Positions 50,489 to 58,406 of a stretch of 64,000 nt of DNA are shown here, piece after piece. The stretch comes from Gemmatimonadaceae bacterium (GTDB taxonomy: Bacteria; Gemmatimonadota; Gemmatimonadetes; Gemmatimonadales; Gemmatimonadaceae). The position numbers and the translations under genes are program-made. Below the pieces are notes generated by a model that was not told where the DNA came from, searched no databases, and saw only the letters and a program-made list of their open reading frames with translations. The stretch covers positions 932,030-996,029 of the forward strand of contig JBHYGA010000004.1 in the NCBI GenBank assembly GCA_051859245.1, read 5' to 3'. Every line of letters starts with the position of its first letter. Within the stretch, counting starts at the first letter, position 1.

Positions 50489-53311
50489 TCAGAACAACCA
50501 ACGTGCTGAGAACTGCAGCTGACGCGGCGGTGCGACGGCTGAAGTGACAATCGGATCACCGGGGCGTCCCACCTGCGTGCGCGTACCGCCGCCAGGCAAT
50601 CCATTGGCGTATCCACCAGCGTTGGTGCTGTTGAACAAGTTGAACGCGTCGGCACGCAGCTCAATGCCCTGATTTCTCACGCGCAGTTCGTACGATACAC
50701 TCGCGCTGGTAAACAGCGCACTCGGCAGCCGCTCACCGTTGCGCGACACGCCAAAGAAACGATCCTGGTTGCCGAGAAATCCGTTGCCGAACGTATCACC
50801 AGAACCATCAAGATCGCGGAAGAATGCGATGCGATTAATCGGCTGACCCGTCTGCCAATCCGCTACACCAGAGAGTGACAGCCGCCGGAATCCGGTGTAC
50901 GTGGCGCGCATGGCAATGCGATGACGGCGATCGTTGATCGCGTCGGCCCACTCGGCATCAAAGTTGTTGCCCTGTGTGGCGTTAAAGTTGATGTCTTCGG
51001 TGTTTGTGCGCGCGCGTGACCAGATCCAGTTTGCATCAATGAGCCACGCGTCGTCAGCGGCCCAGCGAGCGGTCGTGTACAAACCGGCGTATGTGGAGCG
51101 CCCACCACTCTCGGTGGTGGTGCGACGGCGGAAACCACCGTTTACCGGCGCCACTGGTCGGAATGCGTCGCCGGTGGCGACGGACAGGCTGATCGTGTCT
51201 GCGGGTCCGATGCCGCGCGTGCTGGCATTCAGATCCCACGAACGCGGCAGGTTGCGCGTATCGACGTACACAGCGTCCATGCCAATCGCGACTCGTGTGC
51301 CGATCTGCTGTTGCCAACCGCCGGTAAACTGGCGGCTCATCGGCTGCTCAAGTCCGAGCGCAAACAGCTCGCGCACTTCGCCCGGTGGCAACTGACTGCG
51401 ATCAAGTGTCGCCGTGCGCGGGCCCTGCAGATACGCCGGCGCGTTCGCACCGTCAAACGTGACCGTTTGATTGCCATCGGGTCCGAACTGAATGGCGTCG
51501 GAGTACACGGCGTACGGAAACTTGCCGGCGTACAAACCAGCGCCCGCGCGAAGGACGGACGACGGACCAACGAGCCAGTTGACGGAGGCGCGGGGTTGCC
51601 AGTTGTTCAGATCAGGCGAACTCTGTCCACGCGATGTGAGGTCGTCGTAGTCCCAACGCACGCCAAGTGTGAGCGTGAGGGCGGGCGACAGACGCCACGC
51701 GTCTTCAATGAACGCTCCAACAAGTGTTTGCGACAAGTCGACCTGTTTCTGTGCGGCGTCTACGGTGTAGCTGAGCACGCGTACGTTCTGCGGCACGTCG
51801 GCAAATGCGAACCGATTGCCGCGCTGCGGAATATTGCCTTCGTCAAGTACCACATAGGAGCCGGACGGATTCGTTTGCGAGCCGGCGAGTCTGAAGTTCG
51901 AGCGCCAGCCATCGCCGCCAATTCGCAACTGATGTTTGTCGCCGATGAACGTTTCAAACACGTTGCGCAACTGCAGCTGCGTTTCGGATTCGTCAAACAC
52001 GAAGTTACTTGAACCCACCACGCCGACCGACACGGTATCAATGCCTTGTACGCGACGAATCGTGACCTGGGGAATCGAAAAACTGCTCTGCGCCGGCGGA
52101 AAATTCCATCGGAACGAACCAAGTTGCGCCGCGAACACGTTGCTGGCGCGCCCGTTGCGCAAGGCTGATCGATGCAACAACGCAGTGACCGTGCCAATGC
52201 GCTGCGTGACGATGTCCGCCTCAGGCGCAACAATGCCGCTGCCTCGACCTTCGCGATCAATCCGACTGGCCGCAATACGCAACGTGGTGGTCTGATTGGG
52301 CGACCAGCCATGATCCACACGCCCGAACGCCTTCACCGTGCCACGCACCTCTCGGCCAGTAAACGTAGTGTTCGCGGTTGATGCAATGCGATCTTCGTTC
52401 TCGTTGGTGTATTCGATGGCTCCAAACACAAATGTTTGATCGGCGCGAAGCGGACCGCCGCCGGCCGCACCAATCTGTGAGCGACGGAATCCTTCCTGCG
52501 CGCGACGGAAGTCTTCCGGATTCTGGCCTGCCGGTACAATCGCGGAGCGCGCATCGACCGGTAATCCCGGGCGATTGTACACAAACGCCTCACCCTGCCA
52601 CGTCGAACCACCCGAGCGTGTTTCCATATTCACCACGCCGTTCGAACTCCGCCCGAACTCCGCGCCGTACGTGTTGGCCAGCACGCCAAAGCGCTGCAGT
52701 GCGGACAGTGGCACTTCCACGCGTGCGCCGCCGAGAAAGCCTTCGTTGTTCTCAAGTCCGTCGAGCGAGTACTGCGTGTACAACGCGTTCGCACCATTGA
52801 TGGACAGGCGCGGTGCGTCGCCGAAGAATCCGGTCGCGGTGGAAACGCCAGGAATGGTGTACGCGAGCGCGATGGGATCACGCGAGTCGGTCGGCAGTCG
52901 CTCCAGCTCAGTGCGCTCCACTGTGCCGCCAGTAGTTGCGTTTTCGGTGTTCAGCAGCGGGCGTGGCAACGGGGCCACCACAGACACAACACCCAGCGAA
53001 GCAAGGGGGCGAAGTGTGAGTGCGATGACCCGTGCATTGGCCTTGTTGGATGCGTCAATGCGAACCGAGTCTGGCAGAAAGCCGAGCGCGCGCACCACAA
53101 CGAAGCCTGCGGATGTATTCGCAACGGCGAGTGCAAAACGACCGGCTGAGTCAGACGTTGCTGCTTCAGTCAGCATCGTAATCTGCGCGCCGCGTATAGG
53201 CAGTCCTGCTGCCGAACGCACGACGCCTGTGACAGCGCCGGTGGTTTGCGCAGAGAGAATGAACGGCGCGCACAGCGCGGCCACGAACAGTGCACACTTT
53301 GGCAACATCAT
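50489..53311 (-). CDS. TonB-dependent receptor (Oar-like) with CarboxypepD_reg N-domain
   Basis: 940 aa. Signal peptide, YSLDGLENN, YGAEFGRSSNGVVN, LTLTLGVRWDY, DAFNLFN, C-terminal PRQLQFSARWLF. Confidence 0.92.
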   Translation of the reverse strand: MMLPKCALFVAALCAPFILSAQTTGAVTGVVRSAAGLPIRGAQITMLTEAATSDSAGRFALAVANTSAGFVVVRALGFLPDSVRIDASNKANARVIALTLRPLASLGVVSVVAPLPRPLLNTENATTGGTVERTELERLPTDSRDPIALAYTIPGVSTATGFFGDAPRLSINGANALYTQYSLDGLENNEGFLGGARVEVPLSALQRFGVLANTYGAEFGRSSNGVVNMETRSGGSTWQGEAFVYNRPGLPVDARSAIVPAGQNPEDFRRAQEGFRRSQIGAAGGGPLRADQTFVFGAIEYTNENEDRIASTANTTFTGREVRGTVKAFGRVDHGWSPNQTTTLRIAASRIDREGRGSGIVAPEADIVTQRIGTVTALLHRSALRNGRASNVFAAQLGSFRWNFPPAQSSFSIPQVTIRRVQGIDTVSVGVVGSSNFVFDESETQLQLRNVFETFIGDKHQLRIGGDGWRSNFRLAGSQTNPSGSYVVLDEGNIPQRGNRFAFADVPQNVRVLSYTVDAAQKQVDLSQTLVGAFIEDAWRLSPALTLTLGVRWDYDDLTSRGQSSPDLNNWQPRASVNWLVGPSSVLRAGAGLYAGKFPYAVYSDAIQFGPDGNQTVTFDGANAPAYLQGPRTATLDRSQLPPGEVRELFALGLEQPMSRQFTGGWQQQIGTRVAIGMDAVYVDTRNLPRSWDLNASTRGIGPADTISLSVATGDAFRPVAPVNGGFRRRTTTESGGRSTYAGLYTTARWAADDAWLIDANWIWSRARTNTEDINFNATQGNNFDAEWADAINDRRHRIAMRATYTGFRRLSLSGVADWQTGQPINRIAFFRDLDGSGDTFGNGFLGNQDRFFGVSRNGERLPSALFTSASVSYELRVRNQGIELRADAFNLFNSTNAGGYANGLPGGGTRTQVGRPGDPIVTSAVAPPRQLQFSARWLF

Positions 53312-53414
53312 GATGGAGGCGTTCGGAATGGTTCCGCGGCACAGCGTACCGCTGGATCAAAGACAACGGCGTGGTGGATGTACGATCCAAAGGCTGAGCC
53401 CGGATCTCCCGCGG

Positions 53415-53696
53415 TCAGCTACCCTCGTAGCCTTCCGCGCGCAGCCTGGCCAGTACGCCATCGCGTGCGGCGGCCGCGCTGTCGGGTGTATCGCGCACCT
53501 GAGCCAGTGCGTCAATCACAATCTGTCCAAAGTTTGCGTGCGGAAAGCAATGAGAGCAGCGAGCCACATGCGCGCGCACTGCCGCTTCATTTGCGGTATC
53601 GAGGTGGCCGTCCAGATAGTCCCACAGCATGCGGACGGCGGTTCCGCAATCGAGTGACGGCGTGTCGAGCGCGGCGTGATCAGTATTCGAAATCAT
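53415..53696 (-). CDS. Cytoplasmic zinc-binding (ZAS, zf-HC2) anti-sigma factor
   Basis: 93 aa. C...LWDYLDG...HVARCSHC; no TM; ATGA-coupled to the ECF gene. Confidence 0.9.
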   Translation of the reverse strand: MISNTDHAALDTPSLDCGTAVRMLWDYLDGHLDTANEAAVRAHVARCSHCFPHANFGQIVIDALAQVRDTPDSAAAARDGVLARLRAEGYEGS

Positions 53697-54271
53697 GTGG
53701 ACTCCTCCTCAGCGTGTACCGGCACAATGCCGGCTTCTCGCGCGTGTTCAAGCAACGCCGTTTGCAGCAGACGGCGCGCACGGAACAGTCTTGAGCGCAC
53801 CGTACCAACGGGAATGTCGAGCACTGTAGCCGCCTCGGCGTACGGCAGCTCCTGCAGCTCTACCAGTTCGACAACTTCGCGGAACGCTTCGGGCAAGGCC
53901 GCGATGGCGAGATTGATGGCCGGACGAAGGTCGGCATCACTGAGGCGCTGCAGCACATCGTCCGGTGCACCGAGCGAGTAGTTGTCGTCGGCCAGCGCCT
54001 GCAAAGTATCATCTTCTACCGGCACAAGACGCGCGTCTCGCGGCGCCCGTTTCCGCCACGCATTGCGCGCAATCGTGAACAACCACGCCCGCGCCTCACT
54101 GCCCTGTCTGAACGACTCCCAGTGTCGCCAGGCGCGCAAATACGTCTCCTGCACAAGATCTTCCGCGTCGGACTCATCGCGCGTGAGTGAGCGCGCGAAT
54201 CGTGTTACGTCGGGAAGCCAACGCAGTGCGATGTCGTGAAAGGCGATGTGTTTGTCAACCGGTATTTCCAC
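53693..54271 (-). CDS. ECF RNA polymerase sigma factor (SigH/SigR-like)
   Basis: 192 aa. AEDLVQETYLRAW, RAWLFTIARN, LDIPVGTVRSRLFRAR. Confidence 0.93.
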   Translation of the reverse strand: MEIPVDKHIAFHDIALRWLPDVTRFARSLTRDESDAEDLVQETYLRAWRHWESFRQGSEARAWLFTIARNAWRKRAPRDARLVPVEDDTLQALADDNYSLGAPDDVLQRLSDADLRPAINLAIAALPEAFREVVELVELQELPYAEAATVLDIPVGTVRSRLFRARRLLQTALLEHAREAGIVPVHAEEEST

Positions 54272-55004
54272 GCCGTACCCTTTGCACCAATGATGGTAAG
54301 AACGACAACGCGAGCAGCAGTACAGACGCGATAATCAAGTTGGTGCGCGCCGTAGCCGACGCGCCACTCACGCCGCCCACGAGACTGCCCGCGAAATACG
54401 TATAAATGATCGTGCCCGGCAAAATTCCCAATCCGGTCGCCGCGATGTACGGACGGATCGGGATACCCGACAGCGCGGCGGTAAAGCTCAACGCATTGAA
54501 CGGAATCACGGGCAACAGGCGCAGCCGAAACAGCGTGCTGAATCCACGTTTACCAGCCAGCAGGTCGAGTCTGGCAGCCTGGCCACCGAGCAGTTTCCGC
54601 AACGCGTCCCCACCCAACGTTCGTGCGAGCAGGTAGGTGCCAGTGGCCCCGATCGTGGCGCCCAGCCAGTTCAGTCCCGAGCCGAGCGCCGTGCCAAACA
54701 GAATGCCACCGGCAAGGGTGAACGGGGTCGCCGGTAAGCCAAACGTCGCCACCACGATGTACACCAGCACAAAGACCACGTGGATGTACGGGATCTCGCG
54801 CGCTCGCTCGATCGCCGCGAGCAACGCCGCCGGATCTCGTAGATCGAGCAGACCGGCGCGTGAGGCTGCGTAGCCGGCCGCCGCGAGTACCAGCGCGAGT
54901 ATGCCGAGGCGCACGAACGCGGATGAGCGCGAGGATTTCGCGGGTGCTGCCTGCGCTGCACCCGCAGCGTCATCACGTTGCATCTCGCTCACCGTGTCAC
55001 TCAT
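54255..55004 (-). CDS. TVP38/TMEM64 (DedA superfamily, YdjX/Z-like) membrane protein
   Basis: 249 aa. FTLAGGILFG, LRLLPVIPFNALSF, GILPGTIIYTYF. Confidence 0.9.
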   Translation of the reverse strand: MSDTVSEMQRDDAAGAAQAAPAKSSRSSAFVRLGILALVLAAAGYAASRAGLLDLRDPAALLAAIERAREIPYIHVVFVLVYIVVATFGLPATPFTLAGGILFGTALGSGLNWLGATIGATGTYLLARTLGGDALRKLLGGQAARLDLLAGKRGFSTLFRLRLLPVIPFNALSFTAALSGIPIRPYIAATGLGILPGTIIYTYFAGSLVGGVSGASATARTNLIIASVLLLALSFLPSLVQRVRRGNTG

Positions 55005-56533
55005 GTGGTCGCCCGAAAGAACGCCGCGAACACACGTTTGGCGGTCGGTGTGAGTCGGCCTCGATTGTACTGATCAGCAGCGCGACCAAAGATCGCGGCG
55101 CGCGTTGGATACGGGCGGATGGTTCCGCCGAACGAACGCAACCCATCACCGCGCTTCATGGCGCTCACCACCTCGCCGATCATGTCACCGGCACCTTCGC
55201 ACACGAGCGTGGCGCCCAGAATCTGATCGGTTCCACGCGCGAGATGCACGCGAAAAAATCCTTCGGTATCGCCTTCGAGGATGGCACGATCATTGTCGTG
55301 CATGGGCATCGTGATGGTGTCAAACGCCGTGCCCGCACGTTCAAGCGCGTCGCTGGTTTTTCCAACGTGCGCCACTTCAGGTGAGGTGTACGTCGTCCAT
55401 GGAATGATCAACGAGGATGCCTTGCCGCCACCCAACCCAAAGAAGAGCGCGTTCGGCACCGCGAGTCGCGCTTGCGCATCGGCGGCGTGCGTAAACTGGA
55501 ACGAAGAGGACACATCACCAATCGCAAACACACTCGCGTTGGTGGTGCGAAATTTTTCGTCAACGGTTACGCCAGTTTTGGAGAACTGCACACCAGCGGC
55601 GTCAAGACCGAGACCATCGGTGTTTGGCGTGCGACCTGCAGCGACCAGCAACGCGTCCACCGTAATTGCAATGCGCTGTCCGTCGCGTGTGGCTTGCACC
55701 GTTGTGACGTCGCCCTGGCGCTCCACCTGAGAGATCGTGACGCCATGGTGAAATACCACACCATCGCGCGCGAGCGACGCCTCCACCACACGGGCGGCAT
55801 CCGCGTCATCGCGCGGCATCGCGCGCGCATCGGCGTTGAGCACGGTGACGGTGCTACCGAACCGTGCAAACGACTGCGCGAGCTCGAGACCAATTGGCCC
55901 GGCACCAATGATGGCCAGTCGCTCCGGCCGTTCGGTGAGCGAAAAGACGGTCTCGTTGGTGAGCGGTCTGGCTTCAGCAAGACCAGAAATAGGTGGCAGC
56001 GCTGCGCGGGCGCCCGTCGCAATGATGGCGCGTCGAAAACGCAGCGTTTGCCCAGCAACTTCGATAGCATTACGTCCGGTAAACGTTGCGTCACCGAGGA
56101 ACACATCCACACCGAGCGAAGCAAACCGCGGCGCACCGTCCACTGGTGCAATGCCGGCGCGCAGCCTGCGCAATCGCTCCATCACAGCGCCAAAATCGCC
56201 GTCGCCGACTGCTGCCGGTCCGCCAAACTCGGCCTGCGCCGAACGCGCCTGATGCCACGCACGCGATGCGCGCAGCACGGCCTTCGATGGAACACACCCC
56301 ACATTGAGGCAATCGCCACCGAGCAGATGACGCTCGATCAGCGCCACACGTGCGCCGAGTCCGGCGGCAATCGCGGCGCTGACCAGCCCCGCCGTTCCGC
56401 CACCGATCACCACCAGTTGATACCGGTCGGCGGCGGTGGGATTCTGCCACGACGGCGGATGGACGTGCGAAATGAGTGCACGATTGTGCACGTCATCGGG
56501 AAGCATGAGGGGGGTGTCGGCCATGTGTGTCAT
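55001..56533 (-). CDS. Class I pyridine nucleotide-disulfide oxidoreductase (MerA/LpdA-like, lacks MerA metal-binding cysteines)
   Basis: 510 aa. IGGGTAG, GGDCLNVGCVPSK, IGAGPIG, AIGDV, RPYPT; no N-terminal HMA domain and no C-terminal CC. Confidence 0.9.
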   Translation of the reverse strand: MTHMADTPLMLPDDVHNRALISHVHPPSWQNPTAADRYQLVVIGGGTAGLVSAAIAAGLGARVALIERHLLGGDCLNVGCVPSKAVLRASRAWHQARSAQAEFGGPAAVGDGDFGAVMERLRRLRAGIAPVDGAPRFASLGVDVFLGDATFTGRNAIEVAGQTLRFRRAIIATGARAALPPISGLAEARPLTNETVFSLTERPERLAIIGAGPIGLELAQSFARFGSTVTVLNADARAMPRDDADAARVVEASLARDGVVFHHGVTISQVERQGDVTTVQATRDGQRIAITVDALLVAAGRTPNTDGLGLDAAGVQFSKTGVTVDEKFRTTNASVFAIGDVSSSFQFTHAADAQARLAVPNALFFGLGGGKASSLIIPWTTYTSPEVAHVGKTSDALERAGTAFDTITMPMHDNDRAILEGDTEGFFRVHLARGTDQILGATLVCEGAGDMIGEVVSAMKRGDGLRSFGGTIRPYPTRAAIFGRAADQYNRGRLTPTAKRVFAAFFRATT

Positions 56534-56587
56534 ACGCTCAGACGTAGTGTGACGGATGCCTGAGAGTTCCCTGCGGCGTCCGATGCG

Positions 56588-57199
56588 TCAATCCACGCGT
56601 GGTTCGGACTGTCGCCAGCGATACACATCTTCCGGCGTATCCAGATCCATCGCCCCGCCCGGAAGTGGCACGGCGGTCTCGTTACCGCGCAGCAGCGAAC
56701 GCGCACCGCGATCTCCCTTGAGTGACGCGAGCAACGGCCATTCGCTCCGCGGCCAGATGGCCGGAATGCCACAGACATCATCGTACTTGGACACCACGCG
56801 TCCACCATGGTTCGCATGCGCATCCAGCAGCGCGCGCACATGTGCAACATCAACGGACGGTTGGTCGCAGGTGAGCAGCATCATGGCGGTGGCAGCGCTC
56901 GGTTCGACCACCTGCAGACCCACGCGAATGGATCCCGACATGCCCTCGGCCCATTCGGCGTTCTCTGCGTAGGTAACAGATGCGCTATCGTGCAGCGCAT
57001 CACGAAGCACCTCGCGCACACTCTCCGCATACGCGCCGAGTACGACGACCACTGGCGCGCATCCACCAGCGATTGCATCACGCACCAGTCGGACCAGCAA
57101 CGCCTCACCACTGGCATCCCGCAACAGTTGCTTGGCCGATCCCATCCGACGAGACGCACCAGCCGCCAGCAGCACCGCCGCCACGGAGCGAGTGCTCAC
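56588..57199 (-). CDS. MocA/MobA-like NTP transferase (molybdenum cofactor cytidylyltransferase-like)
   Basis: Start set at GTG 57199, next to the XdhC stop. LLAAGASRRMGSAKQLL, CDQP, GDRGAR, DLDTPED. Confidence 0.88.
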   Translation of the reverse strand: MSTRSVAAVLLAAGASRRMGSAKQLLRDASGEALLVRLVRDAIAGGCAPVVVVLGAYAESVREVLRDALHDSASVTYAENAEWAEGMSGSIRVGLQVVEPSAATAMMLLTCDQPSVDVAHVRALLDAHANHGGRVVSKYDDVCGIPAIWPRSEWPLLASLKGDRGARSLLRGNETAVPLPGGAMDLDTPEDVYRWRQSEPRVD

Positions 57200-57200
57200 G

Positions 57201-58403
57201 CTATCGACGCTCGCGCGGAGCAACCGTTGGCGTGGCGCAGGTCGCGTTGGTCTGTTCGCTGGCCAACTTTGGTGTGTCGGTGCGTGTGTGCAGCGGCGCC
57301 TGACGCTCGCGTAGCGAACCACCCGGTCGCGACTGCAACACTGCTTGCATCTCTGCAATCGCGGCCAGCGCCACCTCGTCTGGTGACTCACCGCCGATGT
57401 CGAGTCCGATCGGTGCAAAGAGACGCGCCCGATCACGCGCGCGCATCGCCGGCTTTGCGTCGAGCAATGAGCGCACCAAACGACCCGCGCGCTGACGTGA
57501 GCCCAACACACCCACGTATGGTGAGTCGGTGGCCAATGCAGCCTGCAGCCACGCCAGATCGGCCTCGAAGCGGTGGGTACAGAGCGCGAACATCGTGCGC
57601 GCATCGACCGGACACAAGTGCGCCTTCATCGCATCCGACGCGTTCTCTGGCGTAATGTGCACGAGCTGAACAGCGCCTGGCAGCGCGAGTTCATTAAGGA
57701 GTGCGGTGCGATCGTCAATTACGGTCACACGCCAGCCGGTGGCGACCGCGATCCGGGCAAACGATTCCGCACCGCGTGACGCACCAACCACGATGACATG
57801 CACCGGTGGTCGTACCGGTGCGCCAAACGTTCGCTCGAGTCCGCTCGACGTGGTTTGTTGTCCGAGATACGGTTGATCCGTATGTCGCACCGTATCCTGC
57901 ACACGTGCATTCGTTTCTGATCGTAGTGCCAATGCTGGCGCTGCGTCGCGAACAAACACGGTTCGGCCAATGCATGAAGCGTCCGCAGACTCGATCGTGG
58001 TGAGCAACACACCACTTTGTCGCAACTCGGCGCTGCTGCACGCCGCTTCGAGTTCGCGCAGGTCTGGGAGCGGCGCAAGCATGATATGCGCGACGCCTTC
58101 ACAGCCGGAGCCAAAACCCCAGATGGTTTCGAGATCTTCGCGCAGATCGTACGCCATGAGTGAGGCTTCACCACGCGCGCACACCGCAGTGGCGCGCAGG
58201 GCCACATCGCCTTCAAGGCAGCCACCGCTGATCGCGCCGGCGAGCACGCGCCCCTCTGCGTCGCACAGCATGCGCGCACCGGGCTGGCGATATGACGATC
58301 CGTCAACCGCCACCAGCGTGGCGAGCGCCAGTGGTACGCCCGGACGCGAAACAACCGCTGAGCGCGCCGCTGTAATCAGCGCGACGAGTTCGGTGTGCGT
58401 CAC
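57201..58403 (-). CDS. XdhC/CoxI family molybdoenzyme maturation factor
   Basis: 400 aa. GSSYRQPGARM, ISGGCLEG, GCEG, YVGVLGSR, APIGLDIGGESPDEVALA. Confidence 0.92.
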   Translation of the reverse strand: MTHTELVALITAARSAVVSRPGVPLALATLVAVDGSSYRQPGARMLCDAEGRVLAGAISGGCLEGDVALRATAVCARGEASLMAYDLREDLETIWGFGSGCEGVAHIMLAPLPDLRELEAACSSAELRQSGVLLTTIESADASCIGRTVFVRDAAPALALRSETNARVQDTVRHTDQPYLGQQTTSSGLERTFGAPVRPPVHVIVVGASRGAESFARIAVATGWRVTVIDDRTALLNELALPGAVQLVHITPENASDAMKAHLCPVDARTMFALCTHRFEADLAWLQAALATDSPYVGVLGSRQRAGRLVRSLLDAKPAMRARDRARLFAPIGLDIGGESPDEVALAAIAEMQAVLQSRPGGSLRERQAPLHTRTDTPKLASEQTNATCATPTVAPRERR

Positions 58404-58406
58404 GAG

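Noticed and set aside
55001..56533. Mercury resistance (merA) call
   Set aside because: Lacks the C-terminal Cys pair and HMA domain; no merR/T/P nearby.
56534..56587. Candidate ECF promoter GGAAC(T) on the minus strand upstream of the oxidoreductase
   Set aside because: No matching -35/-10 pair with the same spacing was found upstream of the TBDR, so it cannot be supported from this window.
56588..57604. 338-aa version of the MocA-like ORF
   Set aside because: The N-terminal 135 codons overlap XdhC out of frame and look non-coding. Similar over-extended starts were trimmed for ggt, the PPIase, the HEAT protein, the SBP, the S9 peptidase and prfC.
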